DNA from: Candidatus Limnocylindria bacterium
GTDB lineage: Bacteria > Chloroflexota > Limnocylindria > QHBO01
Reading direction: 5' to 3'
Length of the DNA: 60,217 nt
Assembly (NCBI GenBank): GCA_036265975.1
Contig: DATAOD010000225.1
Coordinates: forward strand, 1 to 60,217
Below, one piece after another: positions 1 to 7,805 of the stretch; position 1 is the stretch's first letter, and each line of letters opens with the position of its first letter. Position numbers and translations under genes: made by a program. Under the pieces are notes generated by a model. That model saw only the letters and a list, made by a program, of their open reading frames with translations, was not told the origin of the DNA and searched no databases.

Positions 1-227
1 CCGGTATGGCGCGCGACGATGTCGATCTGCTGCTGGCGCTGCAGCTCGGCGCCGAGCCGGGCTCGCTTCGCGACCGGCAGGTAGCGCGGCACGTACGAGC
101 GCAGCTTCTCGACCGCCTCCGCCTCCGATTTGCCATTGCGCTCCAGGCCCGGCCAGTCAGCGGCGATCGCCACCCAGTGCTTTCCCTTCGGCGCCTCCTC
201 GATCAGGATCCGCAAACTGTCAGCCAT
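1..227 (-). CDS. hypothetical protein, N-terminal part only (gene runs off the window start); HicB/UPF0150-like pattern
   Basis: Open-ended, so absent from the ORF track. Reverse-strand ATG at 227..225 gives MADSLRILIEEAPKGKHWVAIAADWPGLERNGKSEAEAVEKLRSYVPRYLPVAKRARLGAELQRQQQIDIVARH.. with consistent G/C at codon position 3. The 'PGLERNGKSEAEAVEKL' segment resembles the HicB-type 'PGc.t.G.t.eEA' signature. Confidence 0.4.
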   Translation of the reverse strand, partial: MADSLRILIEEAPKGKHWVAIAADWPGLERNGKSEAEAVEKLRSYVPRYLPVAKRARLGAELQRQQQIDIVARHT

Positions 228-381
228 CAGCGCAAACGCTACAGGACGCGGGCTAGCGCGGTGTCGCATCCGGCGTCCGCCGGACAGCGGCCCCGCGGCC
301 GTGTGCTAGGGTTGCGACGCCCATCGAACCCGACTGCGGATCCACCGGTGCCACGGTCCGCGACGCAGCACGAGAGGAACC

Positions 382-1437
382 TTGGGACTCTTCGACGGCC
401 TGCTCGGCATTCTCAGCCACGACGTCGGCATCGATCTCGGGACCGCCAACACGCTGGTCACCGTGCGCCATCGGGGCATCGTCATCAGCGAGCCCTCGGT
501 GGTGGCCATGGACACCCGCACCAAGCGCGTCCTGGCCATCGGCGCCGAGGCGAAGCGCATGGTCGGCCGCACCCCGGCCAACATCGTGGCCATCCGTCCC
601 CTGCGCGACGGGGTGATCAGCGACTTCGACGTCACCGAACAGATGATCCGGTACTTCATCGCCAAGGTGCATGAGCGCTTCGCCCAGATCCGGCGGCCGC
701 GGGTGCTGGTCGGCATCCCCTCCGGCGTGACCGAGGTCGAGAAGCGGGCCGTTCGGGACGCGACCGTGAACGCCGGCGCGCGCTGGGCTCGGCTGATCGA
801 AGAGCCGATGGCCGCTGCCATCGGCGCCGGCCTGCCCGTCTCCGAGCCGTCGGGCAGCCTGATCGTCGACATCGGCGGCGGCACCACGGAGGTGGCGGTC
901 ATCAGCCTGGGCGGCATCGTCGTCAGCCGCAGCGTGCGCATCGGCGGCGACGAGATGGACGTCGACATCGTCAGCTTCGCGCGACGCGAGTACAACCTGC
1001 TGATGGGCGAGCGCACGGCCGAGGAGATCAAGATCGCCGTCGGGTCGGCCTATCCCACCGAGGACAGCCGCACCACCACATTCCGCGGCCGCGACCTGCT
1101 GACCGGCCTGCCTCGCAGCGTCGAAGTGGGCAGCGACCAGATTCGCGAGGCGCTGGAGCCCTCGGTCGCGCAGATCATTGACGCGATCAAGGAGACGATC
1201 GAGGAGACGCCGCCGGAGCTGGTGGCGGACATCATGGACCAGGGCATCGTGCTGGCCGGCGGCGGGGCGCTGCTGTCCGGGCTGGACAAGCGCGTGGCCG
1301 AGGCGACACAGATGCCCGTCCACATCGCCGATGACCCGCTGACCTGCGTGGTGCGCGGCACTGGACGCGTCCTCGAGGACCTGGACTCCCTGGAGCGCGT
1401 CCTGGTCAGCGAGCAGTTCACCCGCGCGCCGCGCTGA
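382..1437 (+). CDS. mreB: rod shape-determining protein MreB (actin-like ATPase)
   Basis: 351 aa. HDVGIDLGTANTLV, DIGGGTTEVAVISLGGIV and LAGGGALL motifs. mreC follows immediately. Confidence 0.95.
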   Translation: MGLFDGLLGILSHDVGIDLGTANTLVTVRHRGIVISEPSVVAMDTRTKRVLAIGAEAKRMVGRTPANIVAIRPLRDGVISDFDVTEQMIRYFIAKVHERFAQIRRPRVLVGIPSGVTEVEKRAVRDATVNAGARWARLIEEPMAAAIGAGLPVSEPSGSLIVDIGGGTTEVAVISLGGIVVSRSVRIGGDEMDVDIVSFARREYNLLMGERTAEEIKIAVGSAYPTEDSRTTTFRGRDLLTGLPRSVEVGSDQIREALEPSVAQIIDAIKETIEETPPELVADIMDQGIVLAGGGALLSGLDKRVAEATQMPVHIADDPLTCVVRGTGRVLEDLDSLERVLVSEQFTRAPR

Positions 1438-1464
1438 CGAGCGCGGCGCCATCGGCTCGCACCG

Positions 1465-2319
1465 ATGATCGGCGGACCCCACCGGCGCAGCCGGAACGGG
1501 CTGTGGTTCGCAGCCTTCACCATCATCTCGCTGCTGCTCCTGCTCGCCTCGCAGACCCAGGCGGCGCTGACCCTGCAACGCGTCACGGCCCGCGCGCTGG
1601 ACCCGGTGCGCGAGACGATCGGCGGCATCGGGGCGGGCATTGCCGGCGTGTTCGGCACCATCGGCGAGATCGACAGGCTGCGGACCGAGAACGACGACCT
1701 GCAGCACCGGCTGGCCTCCTCCGAGCAGCGCATCGCCGAGCTCCAGGAAGCGGCGGCCGAGAACGCGCAGCTCCGCGAGCTGCTGGGGCTGACCAAGTCC
1801 CTGGACATGGACACGCTGCCGGTGCGCGTCATCAGCCGCGACCCGTCGAACTTCACCTGGGACATCGGCATCGACGCCGGCACCGCCGACGGGCTGGCGG
1901 CCGGCATGCCGGTGGTCGGCTCGGCACAGGGCGCGGGGGCGCTGGCCGGCACGGTGGTGGAGGTCGGCCCCGACACGTCCACCGTGCGGCTGATCGTCGA
2001 CACGCGCTCGAGCGTGGTCTGCCTCGACCAGAACTCGCGCGCGCTGGGCCTGGTCCAGGGCCAGCTCGGCGGCCAGCTGGTGATGGTCCAGGTGGACATC
2101 ACCGACCAGCTGAAGGAAGGCGACATGGTGGTCACCGCCGGCCTGGAGCTGTCGGGTGGCGCGGCGCGCAGCCCCTATCCCAAGGGCCTGCTGGTCGGCA
2201 CGCTGCAGGCGGTCCAGCCGGACAGCAACGCGTTGACCCAGACCGGATTCGTGCGACCCGCCATGGACTTCGACGGCATCGATCATCTGCTGGTGGTGCG
2301 TTCCTACAAGCAGGACTAG
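1465..2319 (+). CDS. mreC: rod shape-determining protein MreC
   Basis: 284 aa. N-terminal TM helix, a coiled coil (RLRTENDDLQHRLASSEQRIAELQ..NAQLRELLGL), then a beta-rich domain (GMPVVG, GDMVVTAG). Sits directly downstream of mreB. Confidence 0.85.
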   Translation: MIGGPHRRSRNGLWFAAFTIISLLLLLASQTQAALTLQRVTARALDPVRETIGGIGAGIAGVFGTIGEIDRLRTENDDLQHRLASSEQRIAELQEAAAENAQLRELLGLTKSLDMDTLPVRVISRDPSNFTWDIGIDAGTADGLAAGMPVVGSAQGAGALAGTVVEVGPDTSTVRLIVDTRSSVVCLDQNSRALGLVQGQLGGQLVMVQVDITDQLKEGDMVVTAGLELSGGAARSPYPKGLLVGTLQAVQPDSNALTQTGFVRPAMDFDGIDHLLVVRSYKQD

Positions 2320-2446
2320 CCGGAGGGTCGGCAGCTGCCGGCGTCGAAGGTCCCGTGCTCAGCGCTGATCTGCATGGCCCCAACGTCACGCTCGGCGCGC
2401 GACCATCGGGGCATGGAGCACGCGCCGCAGGTCCGCCACGCTCGGA

Positions 2447-4228
2447 ATGCACATCCGTCTTCATTCGCCTGCCAGGGGACCTCCAGCATTGCCAGACCGA
2501 CTCCGCGCCGTTGCAGCTGCGTTCCTGACCGCCGTGATGGGCTTCACGCTGCTCGGCGTGGCCCCTGCCAGCGCCGCAACGCCGCTGAAGGTCGTGATCA
2601 TCGTTGGGCCGACCGGCGACCTGACCAGGAGCTATCGGGCCACCGGCAATGACATCGCCGACGCCGCCACCGCCGCAGGAGCCGATGTCGTCAAGGTGTA
2701 CTCGCCGCGTGCCACCTGGACACGGGTGCACGATGCGGTCGAGGGCGCCAACATCGTGGTCTACCTGGGCCACGGCAACGGCTATCCCAGCCCGTACAGC
2801 ACCACCGAGTGGACGGACCGGGTCAACGGCTGGGGCCTGAACCGCACCACCCAGGGCGGGGACTCCGACAACTGGTCGACCAGCATGGTCTACTGCGGCC
2901 AGAAGGCCCTGCTGGGCACCCTGACCAGCGCCGATGGAGCCGCGCAGTGGAAGTACTGCGGCGGCGCGAAGGGCACCCAGGGCATCCACCCGGCCGCCGA
3001 CTGGGTGATGATCTACAACAAGGCCTGCTACGCGCCCGGCGCCGGCGAGGGCTGGGACGTGAAGGCCACCGAATCGGTGGCCATGCAGCGCGTCCGCAAC
3101 TTCAGCTATCCCGCGCTGAAGGGCGGAGGGGGGGCCTACTTCGCGACCGACATGTATCACGGCGGCGAGCAGCTCGTGCAGCTGGTGCTGGCGCACCGTG
3201 ACTGGACGTTCGGCAGGATTGCGGAGAACGCCAATGGCTACGACCTGGCCGCCCAGCGCCGCTTCGAGCATCCGGACCTCTCCGACCGCCAGATCTGGAT
3301 CCAGCGCACCGCGAACACCATGGGCACCGACTACTGGCTGGCCTACGCCGGGAACCCGAACCTCACGCCGTCAGGCGCCATGGGCGTCTACACGCCGCCG
3401 CCCGCACCCAACGTCACCGGCGTGTCTCCGGCACCCGGTGCGCAGGGCGTGGCAGCCTCCAGCCGTCTGACGGCCACCTTCGACCTGCCGATGACTGGCT
3501 TCAGCGACAGCTCGTTCGCCGTGCGCGACCTGTACGGCCTGACGGTGCCAGGCACCGTCTCGTGGAGCCCTTCGACGCTGACGGCCACGTTCACGCCCAC
3601 TTCGCCGTTCGAGGCAGGCATCACCTACCGAGCGTCGCTGACACAGTCGCTCAGAAGCAGCCTTGGCGTGCGGCTGGCGCGCTACTCGTGGACCTTCGGC
3701 GTGGAGGGTCCCGCCGCCTCATCCACCACGCTCTACGCTGATCCCCAGGCGCTGATACTGGAGGCCGGTACCAATACCCGCTACCTCTTTACCCGCATTG
3801 GCTCCCTGCGCGGCGAGAAGACAGCCACGCTGACCGCACCGGCGACGGTGTCGACCACCATCCGGCGCACCCTGCCGAACCAGTCCGGCACCTGGTTCTA
3901 CGTGTCGGACGGCACCTGGAACAGCTACTGGCTGCGCGAGTCCAGCGCCGTCCACCTGGCAGATGCCGGCGTGGGTGCGACCGCGGGCGACCAGGACTTC
4001 TCGCCGGATGCGCGCGTCCGCATCACCCGTGGCACGCACACCGGCTACACCTTCGATGCCGATGGCGACATGACCGCCTACAAGACCGTGACCATCTCCA
4101 CCGGTCGCGTGAACGATGCAAGTGCCCTGCGCAGCCTGCCGGGCCAGACCGGCCTGTGGTTCCACATGACCAGCGGCGCCTGGAAGGGTCGCTGGCTACG
4201 TGCCTCGGACGTCGTGCACCTCGACTGA
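2447..4228 (+). CDS. secreted multidomain protein: clan-CD (caspase/gingipain-like) peptidase-like domain + Ig-like (Big_5/SbsA-type) domain + 2 C-terminal repeat modules
   Basis: Signal peptide AAFLTAVMGFTLLGVAPASA/ATP. 'NIVVYLGHGNG' and 'VMIYNKACYAPG' form a strand-His-Gly / strand-Ala-Cys dyad pattern. Ig-like segment VTGVSPAPGAQGV..LTATFD..YSWTFG. Two ~80-aa modules at aa 427-593. Confidence 0.8.
   Translation: MHIRLHSPARGPPALPDRLRAVAAAFLTAVMGFTLLGVAPASAATPLKVVIIVGPTGDLTRSYRATGNDIADAATAAGADVVKVYSPRATWTRVHDAVEGANIVVYLGHGNGYPSPYSTTEWTDRVNGWGLNRTTQGGDSDNWSTSMVYCGQKALLGTLTSADGAAQWKYCGGAKGTQGIHPAADWVMIYNKACYAPGAGEGWDVKATESVAMQRVRNFSYPALKGGGGAYFATDMYHGGEQLVQLVLAHRDWTFGRIAENANGYDLAAQRRFEHPDLSDRQIWIQRTANTMGTDYWLAYAGNPNLTPSGAMGVYTPPPAPNVTGVSPAPGAQGVAASSRLTATFDLPMTGFSDSSFAVRDLYGLTVPGTVSWSPSTLTATFTPTSPFEAGITYRASLTQSLRSSLGVRLARYSWTFGVEGPAASSTTLYADPQALILEAGTNTRYLFTRIGSLRGEKTATLTAPATVSTTIRRTLPNQSGTWFYVSDGTWNSYWLRESSAVHLADAGVGATAGDQDFSPDARVRITRGTHTGYTFDADGDMTAYKTVTISTGRVNDASALRSLPGQTGLWFHMTSGAWKGRWLRASDVVHLD
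3725..4225 (+). repeat. 2 tandem copies of an unclassified ~80-aa protein module (protein-level repeat)
   Basis: ILEAGTNTRYLFTRIGSL..LPNQSGTWFYVSDGTWNSYWLRESSAVHL aligns with RITRGTHTGYTFDADGDM..LPGQTGLWFHMTSGAWKGRWLRASDVVHL. Confidence 0.75.
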
Positions 4229-4359
4229 CCGCGCGTGGGGGACTGTCCGGCTGGCCCTTCCGTACCATGGTTAGGAGCGGCAGGGGTGCCTAGGGTGTGG
4301 ACCGTTACGGTCGTCTCCGGCCGTGCGACCGCGTCCCATCCCGCAAGGTGACCGAGCCC

Positions 4360-7300
4360 ATGCGCCGCATCGCAGCCCTCCTCATGGCCCTGCTGCTGTC
4401 GGCCGCCTGGCTGCTGCCCTCCGCGGTAGTGCGCGCGGCGGACCCTGTTCCGGATCCTCTTCCAGCAGGCGCGGTGCTGTCCAGCGACGGCAAGGTGCTG
4501 CCGCCGATGCCGGCAGGGCTGGAAGAGTCATCGGTCCATGCCGAGATGCTGGCCGAGCACGCAAACGACCGGATCAGCTTCGCGCCCGGCGGTGCGCCGT
4601 CGGTACTCCTGAAGCGCAACGGGACGCCCACCATGTCCGGCGCGTCCATCGCGCCCAATGGCGCGGAGCTGCAGACAAGCCAGCTATCGGCGGCCGGGCT
4701 GCCCAACGGGCTGCGCAAGGAGGTCTTCGGCTTCCTGCCCTATTGGATGCTGACCGACTCGGCGCTGAGCTCGATGAACTACCAGCTCGTGTCGACCATC
4801 GCCTACTTCAGCGTGAACGCCCAGAAGGACGGCGACCTCGCCAAGGGCACAAGCAGCAATCCGACCACGGGCTGGGCCGGCTGGAAGAGCGCCAACATGA
4901 CCACGGTGTTCAACCGCGCCCACGACCAGGGCGCGCGGGTGGTGCTGACGGTCACGATGATGGCCTGGGACAGCGCCTCGGCCGATCGGCAGGCCGCCTT
5001 GCTGAAGAGCTCGACCGCGCGCAGCCACCTGGTCAACCAGATCGTGTCCGCCGTCCGCAACCGCGACGCGGACGGGGTGAACCTGGATTTCGAGCCGCTG
5101 GCCACCGGCCTGCGGGACGAGTACGTCAGCTTCGTCAAGCAGCTGAAGCGCGGCCTGGTCAACGCGGGGGTGGGGGACTACCTGACCGTCAGCGTCATGG
5201 CCAGCGCCGCCACCTGGGCGAGCGGCTACGACGTCGCCGGCCTGACCCAGTCCGGTGCCGCCGACGCCCTGTTCGTGATGGGCTACGACTACAACTGGTC
5301 CGGCTCGTCGCGCGCCGGTGGCGTGGCGCCGATCCAGAGCCCGTACACGATCGACGTGGCGGGCACCATGGCCGACTTCCTGACGCAGACATCGGGCTCG
5401 AAGCTGATCTGGGGCGTGCCGTACTACGGGCGCATCTGGCCCACCGAGACGCGGAACCTGAACTCCCGCACGCTGGGCGGTGGATCCAAGGCCTACACCT
5501 ACACGGGACACCTGTCAGAAGCCAGCCGCTACGGACGCCGATGGGATGATGTTGGCAAGGTGCCGTGGTACCGCCACTGGGACTCGGCCGCCGGCCACTG
5601 GGTGCAGGGCTACTACGACGACACCGAGTCGCTGGGCATCAAGTACGACCTGGTGAACTCGCGCGGCCTGAAGGGCACTGGCATGTGGACGCTGCTCATG
5701 GACCAGGGGCGCGACGAGCTGTGGCGACTGCTGGCGCGCAAGTTCGTGAACGATACGGCGCCGCCGGAGGGCGGCATCGGCCTCCTTCCGAGCTCGGTGG
5801 ACGGCGAGGCGTTCCGCGTCACCTGGCGTGCGCAGGACTACGCGTCCGGCGTGCGCAGCTACACGGTCGAATGGCGGCGTCCCGGCGGCGAGTGGCGGGC
5901 GTGGAAGACAAACACCAAGGCCACGTCGGCATGGTTCACCGGGACCGACGGCCGGACGTACCAGTTCCGGGTTCGCGCCGTTGACATGAAGGGCAACGTG
6001 CAGCCGTGGACCAACCCGCCGGCCACGCCGGACACGCTGAAGGCGGGCGCTTTCGGCAAGGTGACGGCGAGCACCCTGAATATCCGCTCCGGGCCGGGGA
6101 CCAGCTACGGGATCGTGGACACGGCGAATGCCGGCGATCCGGTCTACGTGCTGGAAGGTCCCGTCGCTGCCGGCGGCTACGACTGGTATCGGGTCCAGTA
6201 CGGCTTCACCGAGTGGCCCAGCGCCGACTATCCGCTCATCGCCTGGATGGCTGGCACATCGTCCGGCACGCCCATGTTGGCTCCCGCCCAGGCACCCGCC
6301 GTGACGCGGCTGCGCCCATTCGTCAGCCAGGGGTCGCGGACGGCGACCTTCAGCCCGAATGCCGATGCGGTGCAGGATGCGGCCACCATCGGCTTCGACC
6401 TGGACGAGGCAGTGACTGCCGCGCACATGGACGTCCTTGATTCGGGCGGAAGGGTGGTACGGAGCGTGTCCCTTGGCGCGCGCGGGGCGGGGGCGAACCA
6501 GGCCACCTGGAACGGGAGGGTCACGTCCGGGGATCCCGCGCCGGACGGCCGCTACCTTGCGCGCATCACGGTGACCGACGCGGATGGCGTCGAGCACTCT
6601 GCGCCCAGCCCGAAGTTCAGCGCGGCCGCGCTGGATCGGTGGGGCATCACCGTCGATACCTCCGCCCCCGCGATCACCACCACGCCCGCCGTTTCGTCGC
6701 CCATGGTCCGCGCCACCGCCAGGGTGAAGGTCACGTTCTCCGAGCGGATGACCGGCCTGGACCAGGACGCGGTGCTCCTGAGCGCCGGAGGCAGCGGCCT
6801 GGTGACGGCCATATCGATCGGCGGCGACGAACGCAGCCTCACCGTGACCACTGACGAGCCCATGCCCACCGACAGCGTCATCGACGTCACCCTGGATGGC
6901 GCGGTGCGTGACGCGGCAGGCAATCCGCCCGCAGCGACTGCCTGGTCGTTCAGCACCGCCCCGGGCTTCGTCTATGAGCCCTCGCGGCCCGGCATCGTCG
7001 CGAAGGGAATGCGCCGTGCCTTCGACATCGGCGTCGACGGCGACCTCGTTCGGCGCGTGTCCGCCACGCTGGGCAGCGATCGCGACATGAGGATCGTCCA
7101 GCGCGCCCTGATGCCGAACCTCCCGGGCCGCTGGCTGTACGCCACCACCGGGCCCCTGGCCGGGCACTGGCTACGTGAATCCGCATCGCAGCACGTGGCC
7201 GGCTTCGTCTCGCGCACGACCTATGGCAGCCCGCAGACGATTCGGCTGGCCGCCGGCACGCACGTCGGCTACTGGTTCGCCAGCGATGGGTCCGTGCGCC

Positions 7301-7692
7301 GCCATCACAGCAGCAGCTTTGGGTCGCCGGCGAGCGCGAGCTCCTCGGCCAGGGCGGTGATCAACGGTGCGACGTACTGGCGCCTGTCGAGCGGCCCGCT
7401 GGACGGCTACTGGGTCGAGCAGTCCCGGGATGCCTACCGGCGGGGCTTCGTGTCGGAGCTGATGTTCGCGGTTCCGCCACGGGTTGACATTGCCGCAGGT
7501 ACCTACACCGGTTATGGCTACGACTCTCGCGGGCGCGTCACCGGCTCGCTTACCGCATCAGTCGGAAGTACTGCCCACATCCGGGTGTCGGCCTGGGCGA
7601 TCGTCAATGGCGCACCCCGTTACCTGGTCAGCAGCGGCACCTGGGCCGGCCTGTGGCTGGCCGACACCAGCGCCACCGACCTGCACGTCTGA
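4360..7692 (+). CDS. secreted GH18 (YaaH/YdhD-like peptidoglycan/chitin hydrolase-type) multidomain protein: GH18 + FN3 + SH3b + FlgD-Ig-like + Big_5 + 3 C-terminal repeat modules
   Basis: Start placed at the ATG (4360) before signal peptide MRRIAALLMALLLSAAWLLPSAVVRA/ADP; the ORF track starts at 4297. GH18: VFGFLPYWM and DADGVNLDFEP (catalytic Glu kept). FN3: FRVTWRAQD..YTVEWRRPGGEWRAW..YQFRVRAVD. SH3b: GKVTASTLNIRSGPGTSYGIVD..GYDWYRVQY. FlgD-Ig-like: FSPNADAVQDAATIGFDL..ATWNGR..DGRYLARITVTD. Confidence 0.85.
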   Translation: MRRIAALLMALLLSAAWLLPSAVVRAADPVPDPLPAGAVLSSDGKVLPPMPAGLEESSVHAEMLAEHANDRISFAPGGAPSVLLKRNGTPTMSGASIAPNGAELQTSQLSAAGLPNGLRKEVFGFLPYWMLTDSALSSMNYQLVSTIAYFSVNAQKDGDLAKGTSSNPTTGWAGWKSANMTTVFNRAHDQGARVVLTVTMMAWDSASADRQAALLKSSTARSHLVNQIVSAVRNRDADGVNLDFEPLATGLRDEYVSFVKQLKRGLVNAGVGDYLTVSVMASAATWASGYDVAGLTQSGAADALFVMGYDYNWSGSSRAGGVAPIQSPYTIDVAGTMADFLTQTSGSKLIWGVPYYGRIWPTETRNLNSRTLGGGSKAYTYTGHLSEASRYGRRWDDVGKVPWYRHWDSAAGHWVQGYYDDTESLGIKYDLVNSRGLKGTGMWTLLMDQGRDELWRLLARKFVNDTAPPEGGIGLLPSSVDGEAFRVTWRAQDYASGVRSYTVEWRRPGGEWRAWKTNTKATSAWFTGTDGRTYQFRVRAVDMKGNVQPWTNPPATPDTLKAGAFGKVTASTLNIRSGPGTSYGIVDTANAGDPVYVLEGPVAAGGYDWYRVQYGFTEWPSADYPLIAWMAGTSSGTPMLAPAQAPAVTRLRPFVSQGSRTATFSPNADAVQDAATIGFDLDEAVTAAHMDVLDSGGRVVRSVSLGARGAGANQATWNGRVTSGDPAPDGRYLARITVTDADGVEHSAPSPKFSAAALDRWGITVDTSAPAITTTPAVSSPMVRATARVKVTFSERMTGLDQDAVLLSAGGSGLVTAISIGGDERSLTVTTDEPMPTDSVIDVTLDGAVRDAAGNPPAATAWSFSTAPGFVYEPSRPGIVAKGMRRAFDIGVDGDLVRRVSATLGSDRDMRIVQRALMPNLPGRWLYATTGPLAGHWLRESASQHVAGFVSRTTYGSPQTIRLAAGTHVGYWFASDGSVRRHHSSSFGSPASASSSARAVINGATYWRLSSGPLDGYWVEQSRDAYRRGFVSELMFAVPPRVDIAAGTYTGYGYDSRGRVTGSLTASVGSTAHIRVSAWAIVNGAPRYLVSSGTWAGLWLADTSATDLHV
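6964..7689 (+). repeat. 3 tandem copies of the same ~80-aa module
   Basis: ..LPGRWLYATTGPLAGHWLRESASQHV / IRLAAGTHVGYWFASDGSV..AVINGATYWRLSSGPLDGYWVEQSRDAY / DIAAGTYTGYGYDSRGRV..AIVNGAPRYLVSSGTWAGLWLADTSATDL. Confidence 0.75.
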
Positions 7693-7805
7693 CGCTCGTA
7701 CCCCATCGGTACCAGACCGATTAGGTCATGTCCTCGGATCGGGTCGATCCATACGGTGCATCCAGGACAACAGCCACCGCCATCGACCTTGTTGAGGGGA
7801 TCTGA

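Noticed and set aside
6-674. 222-aa plus-strand ORF at the window start.
   Set aside because: It has an Arg/Pro/His-rich low-complexity translation. It overlaps the real mreB frame and the unlisted minus-strand gene at 1-227, whose codon position 3 bias is far better.
253-2286. 677-aa minus-strand ORF antisense to mreB/mreC. Similar long shadow ORFs occur at 5515-7167(-), 20457-22778(-), 22450-24405(+), 31549-34083(-), 41314-42978(+), 52082-54070(+), 43739-44593(-) and 55886-57355(-).
   Set aside because: Their composition is Arg/Gly/Pro/His/Asp-rich with no recognisable motifs. Each lies opposite or out of frame to a gene with clear family signatures. Stop-poor alternative frames are expected at this GC content. 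20457-22778 even runs across the tRNA-Pro gene.
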